This document shows positions 1 through 13,537 of a DNA stretch of 64,000 bases, in pieces; position 1 is the stretch's first letter; each line of letters starts with the position of its first letter. The stretch is from contig OX597816.1 of the NCBI GenBank assembly GCA_951406725.2, positions 161,572,001 to 161,636,000 of the forward strand. The letters are read 5' to 3'. The notes under the pieces were generated by a model, which worked only from the letters and a program-made list of their open reading frames with translations, ran no database searches and was not told where the DNA came from. The translations under genes and the position numbers were made by a program. This stretch comes from Octopus vulgaris (taxonomy: Eukaryota).

Positions 1-192
1 GTTTACATGTGTTATAGTGTTCAGTTTGTTAAATGTAGACATGGTTATGTCATTTGAATGCAGTTATATATGCAGGATGAGTATTTGTGTGTGTATGACA
101 CAGAGTTATAAAATATACATCTGTAATACATATAGGTATGTGTGTACTATGTAGATAGATATATTTTTCATTATATATACATACATGGTAAT

Positions 193-836
193 GGTGTCAC
201 ATAAAAAGCACTGGTGCTGGTGCCACATAAAAAGCACTGGTGCTGGTGCCACATAAAAAGCACTGGAGCTAGTTCCACATAAAAGCACTGGTGCTAGTGT
301 CACATAAAAAGCACTGGTGCTGGTGCCACATAAAAAGCACTGGTGCTGGTGCCACATAAAAAGCACTGGTGCTGGTGCCACATAAAAAGCACTGGAGCTA
401 GTTCCACATAAAAGCACTGGTGCTAGTGTCACATAAAAAGCACTGGTGTTGGTGTCACATAAAAAGCACTGGTGTTGGTGTCACATAAAAAGCACTGGTG
501 TTGGTGTCACATAAAAAGCACTGGTGCTAGTGTCACATAAAAAGCACTGGTGCTAGTGTCACACAAAAAGCACTGGTGCTGGTGCCACACAAAAAGCACT
601 GGTGCTAGTGTCACATAAAAAGCACTGGTGCTAGTGTCACACAAAAAGCACTGGTGCCGGTGTCACATAAAAAGCACTGGTGCCGGTGTCACATAAAAAG
701 CACTGGTGTTGGTGTCACATAAAAAGCACTGGTGCTAGTGTCACACAAAAAGCACTGGTGCTGGTGTCACATAAAAAAGTACTGGATCTGGTTCCACATA
801 AAAAGCACTGGTGCTAGTGCCACATAAAGGCACTGG
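193..836 (+). repeat. 26-bp minisatellite, ~25 copies (GGTGYCACATAAAAAGCACTGGTGCT)
   Basis: Direct tandem units with period 26; the variant GAGCTAGTTCC recurs 129 bp apart; the unit matches the head of family C elements (5804, 44445). Confidence 0.95.
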
Positions 837-1539
837 CCTTTCATAAACAACCTTGTTCAGACTTGTTCCTTGGAGGGGACTTTCTATGTGCTGTCACATG
901 GTTATTCATGACCAAAGGGATCTTTCCCCTCTAGAGTGTTACCCAATACATGACTGTTAACTTTGGAAAGATACTTTTGCCATCATGAATAATACCAGGA
1001 AATATGGCACCTATACAATAATTATTACCTAACTTTTATCAAATTTCTTGATTCTTATACAGAACGATGGAATGAATACTAATTTTCAAAAGAAAAAATA
1101 TTTACCTTAACACAAAACTGAATTTCTTGTTTGTATATTTGCAGTAAGAATATTATATTAGTTTTCTAAATTTTATCAACATAATTACAATCTACTCCAC
1201 TGGAAACCTATATCTTCAAAATATCATTAAAAATGTATATTTTCCAAAAATGTTATAAGACTTCTTGCCTCTTATGTTAACACTTAACCCCACTCTTTTG
1301 CTTTCTCCACCCCACTTTCTCTATATAATGTAAAGTGTGACAACCAAAGTTTATATCTGTTGTTGTTGTTATATATAGATTAATTAACTTCAGATCGTAT
1401 GTGCACATAATTGACTAAAAGCTTGAGTTGATTCTCTGAATTGGCTTGGAATATAAACTACAATCCGATTGGTTTTCTTTTCTTGTTGGTTTGCAGGATT
1501 CTTTTAGTTCCATTTCCTATGATTTACTTTCATTTGTGG

Positions 1540-1823
1540 TAATGCCAGTGCTGCCTGACTGGCTCCTGTGCCGGTGGCACATAAGAAGCACCATTCGAGT
1601 GTGGTTGATGCTGGTGTTGCTTGACTGGTTCCTGTGCTGGTGGCACATGAAAAAGCACCCCTACACTCTTGGAGTAGTTGGCATTAGGAAAAGCATCCAG
1701 CTGTGTAGAAACCTTAATAGATCAGATTGGTGCCTGGTGCAGCCTCCTGGCTTGCCAGTCCTCTTTCAAAACTGTCCAACCCTATGCCAGAATTGAAAGC
1801 AGACATTAAACGATGATGATGAT
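1540..1823 (+). mobile_element. Family C non-autonomous RTE-type retroposon
   Basis: GGTGGCACATAAGAAGCAC units, GTTGGCATTAGGAAAAGCATCCAGC motif, (GAT)n tail; many copies in the window. Confidence 0.75.
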
Positions 1824-2249
1824 GTAATATTTTATGATCCAGTCACAACTGGTAACAAACATAGTTCAAATTTGAAATTTATTATTAATATTTTCTATTG
1901 AGGCAGCAAGCTGGCAGAATCATTAGCATGCTGGGTGAAAAGCTTAGCGGCATTATTCAACTTATTCCCGCCCTTAAAATTGCTGGCCTTGTGCCAAAAT
2001 ATAAAACTAGTATTTCCCCATTGTCAGACATGTTTTTATCGAAGATTGCAAATGAAGGATACTGTGTGCATGATGTTCACACTTCTTTAGAACTATCACA
2101 TGATGTGAAGATGCACACAGGCACACACACCTGCACACATATGCACACACACACCTATATAGACACAGGTATTCATGTGCATGCACACATACACACATAT
2201 GCCTATATAGACACAGATGTACATGGATGCACACACACGTGCTTACACA

Positions 2250-2652
2250 CTCCACCAGCATGGGTGCCAGTCAGGCGGCACTGGGTTCAACCACACTTGA
2301 GTGGTGTTTTTTACATGCCACCGGCACGGGTGCCAGTCAGGCAGCACTGGCATCAGGCAGCACTGGCATCAGGCAGCACTGGCATCAGGCAGCACTGGCA
2401 TCAGGCAGCACTGGCATCAGGCAGCACTGGCATCAGGCAGCACTGGCATCAGGCAGCACTGGCATCAGGCAGCACTGGCATCAGCCAGGCTTGAATGATG
2501 CTTTTTTATGTGCCACCAGCATTGGTGCCAATCAGGCAGCTCTGGTGTCGGCCACATTCAAAAGGTGCTTTTTATGTTCCACTGGCACAGGTGCCAGTCA
2601 GGTGACACTAGCATTGAGCATACTTGAATGGTGCTTTTTATGTGCCACCAGC
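2250..2652 (-). mobile_element. Tandem ~60-bp head units of family C element with internal 16-bp VNTR
   Basis: Reverse-complement family C head units (TGCCACCRGCAYRGGTGCCAGTCAGG...GGTGCTTTTTA). Confidence 0.7.
2337..2484 (+). repeat. Perfect 16-bp tandem repeat, ~9 copies (TCAGGCAGCACTGGCA)
   Basis: Identical units; explains the QAALASGSTGIRQHWH repeats seen in three ORFs. Confidence 0.95.
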
Positions 2653-3242
2653 ATATTTTATTTTTTTAAAGTTAGACATTTCATAATCATGGAAGGAGTA
2701 AAATATTTGAGGTGGAGAGGGTCACCTGTTGCTATGAGTTTCAGATAAAATTGTATCTTGCTGTTAGTCAGGGAAATAGAATATGCTACAGTGAGTTAAT
2801 TATTCTTCAAATCATATAGCCATTTTGGATATTGAGTAAATGTCTGGTCCAGTGGCTTGTGAGGCTTTTAACAAATTTTCATTGTGGTGGTTAATTACTC
2901 TTCATTTAACTCCTGTCAATATACATAAGTAGATAAACAAGATCAGCCAGGTTAACGACCTGTCACTTTATAGTTTAACTTATTGTATTTTTTTGTACAT
3001 ATGCTATGAAAACTGGCAGCATAAAGCATAAATTTGTGACTTGTATTTCTTAATAGGAAAGAAAATAGCAAAATTCTGTAGGGCATATTTTATTGTGGTT
3101 GTGTATTATATAACTATAAATAAATTAGGGTTTTTGGTGCCAATATACATGCGATTGTACATTAACATGTGACTATAATATAGTTCATGGGTGTATGTTT
3201 CACTTGATCATTGTAATGGTGTTGTTGTTATTGTTATTATCA

Positions 3243-3370
3243 TTCATGGTATGCACAAAGGTTTTACACTCAGAATTGATATCTTTGATACCGGGTCACA
3301 ACCAGTTTCCTAAGATATCAAGACCTTTCTTACAATACTTGTTATTTCAACAGAGCAGATTTCTGAATTT
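3243..3370 (-). mobile_element. 3' end of R4/Dong-like (RLE-clade) LINE in a TAA microsatellite
   Basis: Minus strand translates, with a frameshift, to IQKSALL..TSIVRKVL, typical of the RLE-clade ORF C-terminus; flanked by (TTA)n-like tracts. Confidence 0.55.
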
Positions 3371-3407
3371 ATTATTATTATTATTATTATTATTATCATC
3401 ATCATCA

Positions 3408-3453
<46 letters not shown>

Positions 3454-3462
3454 CAGTAGTAT

Positions 3463-3681
3463 TAAGGCGGTGAGCTAGCTGAGCTGTTAGCATGCCAGGC
3501 AAAATTTTTAGTGCGTTTTGTCTGTCTTTACATTCTGAGTTCAAAATCCACTGAGGTCGACTTTGCTTTTCATCCTTTCAGGGTCAGTAAAATAAGTACC
3601 TGTTGCATACTGGGGTTGATGTGATCAACTTAACACCTCCCACACCGAAATTGCTGGCCTTGTGCCAAAATTTGAAACCAT
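3463..3681 (+). mobile_element. Family A SINE (Meta-domain-like core)
   Basis: AAGGCGGTGAGCTAGC head, GAGTTCAAA B-box-like motif, CTTTCATCCTTTCAGGGTC..AAAATAAGTACC core; more than 15 copies in the window. Confidence 0.85.
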
Positions 3682-5803
3682 TATTATTATTGTTGTTCTT
3701 GACTTGTAAGAGATGACGTGTACTAATTCTGTTTCATCCTGAAAGAATTGTTGATAATTTCAGGAATGCTGTCAATTATTGTGCCTCAGAAAATAAATAA
3801 ATAACTAAATATTTTGCTTTCGCATAAGCATAATTACATTAAAATGTCTGTCACAACTGTCATAAGATGATTAATTGCACGTAATAAATGTACAAATTGT
3901 ACACTGAACAATACAAGAAATGAAAATTAAATTATTATTACCACCAGGTAATAATAGTCATCATCATCATCATCATCTAGTGTTTTAAATCCTGGTTTTG
4001 TCCCCGTTAACAGGGAATGCCGGGATCTACCTCACTGCCATAGCAACTGAAGTAGGCAAGTGCAGTCCACCCCAACCTTTGGGCTGGCTGGTGCCCATTC
4101 TCCCTTGCTATCATGAGGCTTTTTTGGAGCTGGATTTTCTAAGGGGAGTATGCTCTTGCTTACCCCCAGCCTCGGTTTCAAGACATGAGTGGTCCCGAGA
4201 CCAAGGCCTCTACCACAATTTTTAAGAAATGTGGTGGAAAACTAGCTCAGGAAGGCAGAGATGGTACTCCTTGAGACCACTTTCAGAGTCCTCACCTACA
4301 TTCTCTGCCTTACATCCAATATTCTGCAAGAATATGCCTGGCTATGGGGTAATATTACCTTGTTTGGAAACCCAACACATACAAGCATGGAAAAGTGAAC
4401 TTTAAAAATGATGATTAGAGACAGGCTGAAAATGACAACTGATGATTATATAGTTTTTATTATTTTACTGGTTTAAGGTGGCAAGCTTGCAGAATTAATA
4501 GTATGCTAGTCAAAATGCTTAGTGCATTTCTCAATAATAATTATAACAACAATCACGAAGGCCAGATATTTGGGGCAAGGAAGTATAGTCAATAACATCA
4601 ACTCTAGTACTTGACTGGTACTTTCTTGTATTAATCCTGGATAAGTTTCAAATAGTTAAAATGCACTGTTTTTTTTTCCTTTTTTTAAACTTCATTTGTC
4701 CTCTATAATCATATCTGGTCCCTTTGCTTCTTCAGTATTACATTTAGTCTTTATGGGGAAGTCCCATAAAATCCTGTAATTTTTATTCACCATTGCAGAC
4801 TCTTTGTTCCTGTTCATTATAGTGATATTATAATCGTAATGATCTTGATGATGGTTAAAAATTAGACTTAATAGTTCTTTTTTATATTTTTCTATTTAGA
4901 AATTTACTTCCCATTGAAGTTAGCATTTAAAATAATGTTACTACTATTTTGAAGAGGAAAATAACAGCATTGTTGTTCCCATTGTTTGCAAATAGTTTAA
5001 ATGTAGATGTATGTGTATGTGTTTGCTTATGTTTATGTCTTTGAAGTAAACAATCAGCTTGCAAGTTTCTCTACTTTGCCTCTCTAATTTAATTTTAAAC
5101 TTAACTCTGCTCCAATAACACAGTGTAAATAGAGTCTTGAGTTTTTATATATGAACCAATTCTCGTTAAATCTTTTGATGTTGTTACTCATAGCACATTT
5201 GGTAATATAATTATCTTCCTTGATATAATTCTTGGAAGTAATTAGGGTATAAAATAGTTAACTGAATCTGGCAAACTATCCACAGTTTAACACCATTTAA
5301 ATTCATTTCCTGTAAATATTATTGAGAAGTTTTAGGGGGCAGTGCTCATGAAGACATATGTACAAGAAGTTCTTGGTTCATGTTATATAATTTAATGTTA
5401 CTGTGATCCTAAAAAAGAGAGTGTATATAGTATGAAAGAAGATAAAAATAACATTAACATACATTTCATGCAAAATTTTATACCCATGTATATATATCTG
5501 CTAGTCTTCTTTTTCTAACCAGATATATGGTTAAAAAAATGTATACACATAATAAAGACTGTTCTCAGGAATTATTTTATACTGTTTCTTTGAATGAACA
5601 AAAGTTTTAAGTTCAAACCATTCCAGGATCTCAGTTTACCTCTAGAATCAAAATAACAAACTGAATCGCTTCATTGGATTGTATTTTATGTCACTCTCCT
5701 CACAACACTAACACACACATATATAGGAAATATGCTTAGCCTTGAATTCAGGTCATTATGTCTACAATTTTATATTCAGTTGTATTGTATGTATGTAAAA
5801 TGC

Positions 5804-5995
5804 ACTGGTGCTGGTGCCACATAAAGATCACTCAGTACACTTTGTAAAGTGGAAAGTGTTAGGAATGGCATCCAGTCTTAGAAATCAAGCCAAAAACAGA
5901 TACAGAAGTCTGGTGCAGGCTCCTGCCTGGCCAGCTCCTGTTGAACTGTCCAACTCATGCCAGCATGGAAAATGGATGTTAAATGATGATGGTGG
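5804..5995 (+). mobile_element. Family C retroposon
   Basis: TTAGGAATGGCATCCAG and CATGCCAGCATGGAAAATGGATGTTAAATGATGAT tail. Confidence 0.7.
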
Positions 5996-7591
5996 TAACT
6001 GTATATATATAGTATGTTGCTATTTTTAGTGATCTTGGTATCCTTTTATTATAAACTGAAATGATTAATGTTTAATGTTGGGGTAACCAGCAAATGTTGT
6101 AGAGTAGGAAATAATAAGTTGGGATAACTGATGAATTCTGAAAGTAGGAAATATATTAGTGATGGTTAATGTTGTACAGTAGAAGATATGTAGGGGAAAC
6201 TGGTAGGAGATGCAGGATAGATGATAGAAGATTTGTTGGGATAATTAGCAAGGGATGGGTTGGGACTGTATTGGGGTAAATGGTGAGTGTCATATGGTTG
6301 GAAATATGTTGGGGATATTGGTGAGAAAGGGACAGTTGGAAATGAGCTTCTGGTTAGTTTTGATTTCTTGTAGAAGCTACTGTATTTATCCCTATAATAT
6401 TTTTGGAAAGTGCAAGAACATGGCAACATCTCATTTTCCTGTCAAATAAATGTGGGCTCTTGCATCTTAGAAAAGAAGCCAAATTTTAAAATGTGGATGC
6501 GTGCACACACACACAAACACACACTCACACTCACTCACACACATGTTAATGTCATAATTCTCCCAAAAGGATTTTATATATGTATATATATAGGCACAGA
6601 TACACACACACACAAACACACACACTCACACTCACTCACACACACGCCACACACACACGTTAATGTCATAATTCTCCCAAAAGGATTTTATATGTGTGTG
6701 TATATATATATATATATATAGGCACAGATATGGCTGTGTGGTGAGAAGTCTGCTACCCAATCACATGGTTTCGGGTTCAGCCTCACTGCATGGCTCCTTC
6801 AAAGTGAACACACCGACACCAGTTGTCAAACGGTGGTGGACACACACACACACACATATATGTACGTATGTATGAAATATGAATGTAACTTTCTTGTCTG
6901 AACCAACTCAAATTACTGAAAAAAATCTGAGTAAAGATGCTTAAATGATGAAAAAAAATGAAAAAAACAACAAAAAAACCCCCCAGAAAAATCTATTTCC
7001 TTTCTATTAATCCTATCTGAACTACTTTGTCCTTCTGCAAACAGATTGATTTCATTTTGTATTTGTTTCCTAAATGTTATTATTACAACTACTAAAACAA
7101 ATTCATGTGCTCTGTTCCAGAGATTAAACATTCTTCATATGTAATTATTCTGCAATCAAACTGTCATTTATACAGTATTAGCCAGAGCAGTATACCATCA
7201 AGAAGCTAAACCTAACACTCTGATGCCTTCGTCTTTCTTGTTTTCTACACTATTACAATCAGTATCTAACTTGAACCGTATCTTTCTCCTTTGTGGATTA
7301 GACCCATCTTCTATACAAATTAATCACAGAAATAAGTGGTTAGTTCAGTTCAGTTCCATCTTCATCTCTTTTATCACCAACGTAGTGCTTCCTTTTACCC
7401 ATGATCTTTCAAAGTCATAGAGTTACAATATTCTCCCTGCTTCCCAAAGTTTTCGTGCTATATTATGAAACCTTTAGCTTAGAAAAATTCCCTTTTGTCA
7501 AAAACAAATTTTCAAGTAGTAGCAACTGTTTTGACATTACTTTTGACTTTGGTGTCTATTACTGAATTTTGTGTTTACAAGTGCACAGGGT

Positions 7592-7631
<40 letters not shown>

Positions 7632-7699
7632 CCTGTACGCAAACTGTGTACTGTGTGTGTGTGTAGGTGCACTCACATGCAATGTGTCAATATGTGTAT

Positions 7700-7860
7700 G
7701 TGGCATGGCTGTGTTCTGAAGAAACTTGCTTCCCAACCATGTGGTCTTAGGTTCAGTTCCACTGCACAGCATCCTGAACAGGTATCTTCTACTATAGCTC
7801 TGTGCTAACCAAAGCATTGTGAGTAGATTTGGTAAATAGAAACTGAAAGAAGCCTTACAC
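7700..7860 (+). mobile_element. Family B SINE, 5' half
   Basis: GGCATGGCTGTG..CTTGCTTCCCAACCATGTGG..GGTTCAG head; matches 28978-29384. Confidence 0.75.
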
Positions 7861-7863
7861 ACA

Positions 7864-7899
<36 letters not shown>

Positions 7900-7900
<1 letters not shown>

Positions 7901-8216
7901 GCATTCCATTGGTCATGACGATGAGGGTTCCAGTTGATCCGATCAACAGAGCAACCAGCTCATGAAATTAACATGGAAGTGGTTGAGCACTCCACAAACA
8001 GGCACAGAGACCCTTAATGTAGTTCTCAGGGAGATTCAGCATGACACAGAATGTGACAAGGCTGGCCCTTTAAAATACAGGTACAATTCATTTCTACCAT
8101 CTGAATGAGCTGGAGCAATGTGAAATAAAGTGTCCTCAAGGGCGCAGTGTGCTGTCAGGGATTGAACTCAAAACCTTATGATTGTGAGCCAAATACGTTC
8201 ACCACTATGCCATGCA
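7900..8216 (-). mobile_element. Family D tRNA-derived SINE
   Basis: Minus-strand tRNA-like head (GGTGCATGGCATAGTGG...GAGTTCAATCCC); body shared with 22860-23142 and 47800-47905. Confidence 0.75.
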
Positions 8217-8425
8217 CCTACACTAAATACACACACTCACATATACACGCACACACTCACATATACACAATACATACACACTCCCATATACACATGCACT
8301 CACATATTCACACACACTCACATATACAAACACACTTGCACACACACATGCGCGCACACACAAATGCATATAATCTTAGTCTTGCACTATAACTCCATTC
8401 ACATCTAGTATTCCTTATAGGAGTC

Positions 8426-8822
8426 TTCTTTTCTACTCTAGGCACAAGGCCCGGAATTTTGGGGTGGGAGGACAGACGATTAGATTGACTCCAGTACGCA
8501 ACTGGTACTTAATTTTATCAGCCCCGAAAGGATGAAAGGCAAAGTTGACCTCAGACTGTAAAGTAGGTCGAAATACTGCTCACCGTTTCACCTGTGCGTG
8601 CTAACTTTTCTGCCAGCTCACCACCTTATCCTTTCTACTATAGACACAAAACCTGAAATTTGGGGGAAGGGGATGAGTTGATTACATCGACCCCACTGCA
8701 TAACTAGTACTTAATTTATCAACTCTGTAAGGATGCAAAGCAAAGTTGACCCCAGCGGCAATTGAATTCAGACCGTGAAGACAGAGGAAATACCACTAAA
8801 TGATTCACCCAGTGTGCTAACA
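8426..8822 (-). mobile_element. Two tandem family A SINEs
   Basis: Two consecutive reverse copies, each containing GTACTTAATTT..GGATG.AAG.CAAAGTTGACC. Confidence 0.8.
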
Positions 8823-11800
8823 ATTCAGCCAGCTCGCTGCCTTTCCTTATAGGAATATTAAATCTCCATCAGTACTTGACTGGACTTCAATGAATGTTGA
8901 CCTCAGCAGTATATGAACTCTACATTAAAAGTTTGTAGCTAAACACTGCTAGTATTTCAGCCTGTTCTGATGCCTTTAGAATATTTTTCACTTTAAAATT
9001 TAACTATGCTTTATCAGATAAACTTTCCTGATATCTTCCACTTGTTACATTCATCTACAGCTGTATGCATTTTATTTGTATACTAACATGATACTATAGT
9101 ACCTGTCAAAAATGATTGGGTTTGTTTCCTTTTAGTAATTCTTGATTATTCTCCATTTTGATTATTCTCATTTTCATTCAGTTATTGTCATTAACTTACA
9201 TGTTTCATTATTTCTTCTCTTCTCCGTCTATATCCATATTTCCGTAATCTTTTTCTCTTAACTAAAATCTAATCTACTCCTTTTCTCTTCAATCCTTATC
9301 ATTCCCCATCTGTTCCTCACTAATATGACACAACTTTTCCCTCTCCTGCTCCCTCTCCCTCCCTCTCTATCATTCTCATTTTCTATGCCTCTTGTATTTT
9401 ATCACAGCACCTCTCTAATTCTCTCTATTGCACAGAGAAAGCAAGAGAGAAATTAGAGAAGGACTCACACAGACGCTTCCTCCCACACTCTTTCTCCCAT
9501 TCCTGCCTATAATTCACTGTCTGCTTCACATGACTGTGCATCACACAGACTGCCGACTATTGATGGCGTCTCTCTCTCTCTCTCACTCTCTCCCCCCTCC
9601 CCCATCAAGGTCCCACAACTCTTTGTAATACTTTCTTTATATCATTTTCCACCTCTCTCATCATGGCTACTGCTTACTTTTTCCAGCATGTCAGAAACAC
9701 GGAAGCCAACCTACATAAATAACCTGACATGTATGGCTTAGCATTTTATACATTAAGATGAAAAAAACAAAAAAAAAAACAAAAAAAAAACATTCATATT
9801 GCCACATTCTGACACTGCAGCTGAAACCATTTACATTTTTCTCATCCTTTTGTCTCTTTCAAATGTGTTCAACTTGAAAGAAATATATATAAAAGGGGAA
9901 AAAATCCTACATTAAGAAATATAAAAAATAGAATGTTTTTTCAACAGATGTTCTCATAGTCTAAGCAATTGTTATAAAACACTTCAAAATTACAAGACTA
10001 ATGACTCCAAGGCAATCAAATCAGGTTTAACATTCCAATTGAAAATAGAATGAATCATATCGTTATGTTGAACTATTAAACTCTTTCACACTGATTTCTC
10101 TCTACTCCACCCCACCTTTTCTCGCTATTAATTATGGTTATTCATTTATTTAATCAACTCCGGAATATTTCTCTCTTGACTCAAACACTTGAAACTATAA
10201 GAATTTAAGGTTTCAATTTGGAAAAGTAAACAAATAAAACTGATGGTAATATATAAATAAAAAATAGAAAATATTAAAAAAAACACACACACACACAAAG
10301 AAATAACATGCTTGCTTCTGTTAGGGTCAGTCTTACAGAAAACAACCTACCTTGGCTGAAGTTAGATGGTCCATCTGCATTGTTGGCACCATTTTTGCTG
10401 TGTGTAATATTTTTTTCCTGAGTTATTTTTTTGTTCAGTTGTAGCAATTTTAAAATCAAATCTTTGTATATAAGTGTAATGGATGAAAGTAGAGGTTGGG
10501 TGCCCTAGAAAATTTGCGTCAATGAATTCCATGGACATTAAAACCATGATGCTGATGATGATTGTCATCGTCATCATCGTGGTGGTGGTAACTTTTGGGT
10601 GTGTAATGCTTCTGATAAATTTAAGAGAAATGTAGGTTAAAAATAAGCTAATTGAATTAACTTTTGTGCTAGAAATCAATTCTTTGATGTTTTAATCTTT
10701 ATAATCTTTTGAACTTTATTTCCACATTTTCACAACATAGTTTGTGACCTATTTTCCAGATTAGGAGGATGCCAAATCATTTCTACTTATGCTGGAAGGA
10801 ACAAGGATATAAAGAATCTAAGAAACCCCATATTCTATATCATTGATTTATGATGCAGTGATTGATCATAGCTTTAATTGATTGATTGATTGATCATATC
10901 TTTAATTTTTATTACATCTTCTTTGATATGATAGAAAGTCAAAATGGAGCAATATTTCTTATGAGTTTAGTCAAATATAAAGTACAAGAAGATAACATCT
11001 GTGTCCCTAAATAAATCTCCTAAAAGGTTCTTAAGCAACATCAGTTTTTTGGTGTTTATATGGGATATCTGATAGAGGTTACTATCAATAGAAGGGCCCT
11101 CAGATATCCTGTGCTCTGTGATTCTCTATGGAATTTGAACAAAAAAAGAAAGCATGATAATTTATATATTTTCATTTTCAAATTGCAAAGACTCAAATTA
11201 ATTTTCATTCAGTTGCTTTTATTCCATCTGAAATTCTAATGAAAATCTTTGGATTTTATTCTAACCAATCAAATTTTGAGTCATGAGTAAAGGCTTATCA
11301 CCAACTTTTTACATGCCACAGGTATGAGAGCTAGTCAGGTTGTACTGGCATTGACCACTCTTATATGGCGCTTTTTACATGCCACCAGCATGGGAGCCAG
11401 TCAAGCGGCACTGGCCATCCAACCCATGCCAGCATGGAAAGCGGATGTTAAATGATGATGACGATGATATATATTCTGAAGTAAGAATATGTCTTGTACG
11501 TACACCTCCTTGGGGAACAGTACTGTATTGCTTACATTGGACTTGATCATGTATTAATCATAACCTCGATATATCAGTTTGTCTATCTGTCTTTCTTTCT
11601 TTCCTTTAACTTTGTTTCATCACCACACCATAAGCTGTGTTCGTCTGTTCCCCTTTTCATTTGTGTGAATTCTTTAGTCTTGTGAGTGCTCTAAAAAAGC
11701 ACCCAATAAACTCCGTAAAGTGGTTGGCAAATCATATAGCAACAACACAGAGAGGACTTTTTAGTCTTGTCAAGAGCAAGACAACCTCTATAGTGCTGGT

Positions 11801-11964
11801 GCCATGAAAATATGCTTGCTGTATACTCTGTAAAGTAGTTAGTGTTAAGAAGAGCATCTGCCTGTAGAAACCATAGTAAAACTGGAATCTTGGAGCAAGA
11901 TGTTGTTTTCTTACCCATTGGAAACTGTTGACCGATCCAACCCTTGCCAAGCCAAGTATATGCA

Positions 11965-12320
11965 TGGGCATGTGGTTAATAGGTTTGCATGGCAACTGTC
12001 TGGTTTTGAGTTCAGTCCTATTACACAGCAAGTTCCTTCTATTAAAATTCTGGGCCAACAATTGCATTGTGTGGGAATTTGGTTGACAGAAACTGTAGAA
12101 CCCTGTCATATGTGTGTATTTATGTCTTTGTGTTTGTTCTGCCCCTTCCTCCCCTTGACAACAGGTGTTGGTTTGTTTATATCCTTGTAATGTGGTAGTT
12201 TGGTAAAAGAGACTGATAAAATGATTATTAGACTTAAAAAATAATTGCTGGACTGTCAACTAAAACCTTCATGGCAATGCCCCAGTATGGCCACTGTCCA
12301 GTAACTGAAACAAGTAAAAA
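11965..12320 (+). mobile_element. Family B SINE, diverged full length
   Basis: Collinear with 28978-29384, ending ACTGAAACAAGTAAAA. Confidence 0.7.
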
Positions 12321-12499
12321 AAAATATTGGACGAGGGAGAGAGATTTATTCTTAAATATTTCTGAGCATCCATTTGTCAACTTCCTTCATACAATTCTAG
12401 TTTTACCTTACAGCATGGAATAATCTCATAAAAATGGATATCTTGTGACATGTCATACTTCTTTCCTATAACTTGGACTGGAAATAGACATAACTGGTT

Positions 12500-12503
12500 G
12501 CAC

Positions 12504-12545
<42 letters not shown>

Positions 12546-12745
12546 TCTCTCTCTCTCTCTCTCTCTCTCTCATACATGCACACACACGTGTGTGTGCTCA
12601 CATACATGCACACATGCGTGCACACATACATACACACAGACTCACTCACACACATATGCACATACACACATACATGCACGCACACACAAATATGCACATG
12701 CATTGAAAAATGCACACACACTCACACATACACACACACACACAT
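12500..12745. repeat. Compound (CA)n/(CT)n microsatellite
   Basis: Directly visible. Confidence 0.9.
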
Positions 12746-13210
12746 GCATTGGAAAATTGACAGAGTTGTTAAGAGTATCAGCTTTGTCTTGCAGTATCCC
12801 CCCCCCTCTCTCACTCTGTGCTCTCAGTTCAAATCTTAATCTTTTAACCTTTCAGGAATAAAGTAACCAGTCTAGAGTGTTGGACTAGAAGAATTATCAG
12901 TGCATTAGACAAGACACTAGACAAAATCTGTTCCGGTTATTTGCATTCTGAGTTCAGTTCCCACCTAGGTGTCTATGGTCAGGGCCTCCTGCAGCTGACC
13001 AGTTCAGACACAAAAAACCAGCATTGATTGATGACTTTTGGTATTTAACTCTTCTTCAGTGACACAGCACCACATAAGACTGCACCAGTCAGCTAGTCCT
13101 GAAACAAACAATATCACAAGAATTATTCTAATTTTATTGACATTCATTTCTCTATTGCTTATTTCTGTTCTGTTATGGAATCCTGACAAAACAGAATCTT
13201 TGACTTAGAC

Positions 13211-13537
13211 CAGGGCTGGCCAACCTAAGGCCCGTGGTGCACATTCGGCCCGCAGACTTTTATCTTGCGACTCGCTTGATACTTTCTTGAAGTATTTTGT
13301 TTAATTTCAAAATAAGACTTTATGTAAAATATTTGTTTCAAAATAAATTTAAAATTTGTAAGTGGCAATAAAGCAAAGGCCTATGATTTTATAATTTTAA
13401 ACAAACGAAAAGTTTGAAAAATTCTTGACTCTGTAATTTAATTGTTTGACTGTTAGTGCATAAAGTATACAAGTGGTCCTCGAAAAACTTTCTCCGATTA
13501 AAGTGGCCCACAATGTAATTTGAGTTGGCCAGGCCCG
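13211..13537. mobile_element. hAT-type MITE
   Basis: TIRs CAGGGCTGGCCAAC ... GTTGGCCAGGCCCG; 8-bp TSD ACTTAGAC / ATTTAGAC. Confidence 0.8.

Noticed and set aside
193-836. CRISPR-like regular repeat array
   Set aside because: Units are head to tail with no unique spacers, there are no cas genes, the context is eukaryotic and the unit derives from a retroposon.
1898-2748. Long ORFs of 173-198 aa with QAALASGSTGIRQHWH repeats
   Set aside because: Open in all frames because of a stop-free 16-bp tandem repeat; flanks are SINE and (CA)n sequence.
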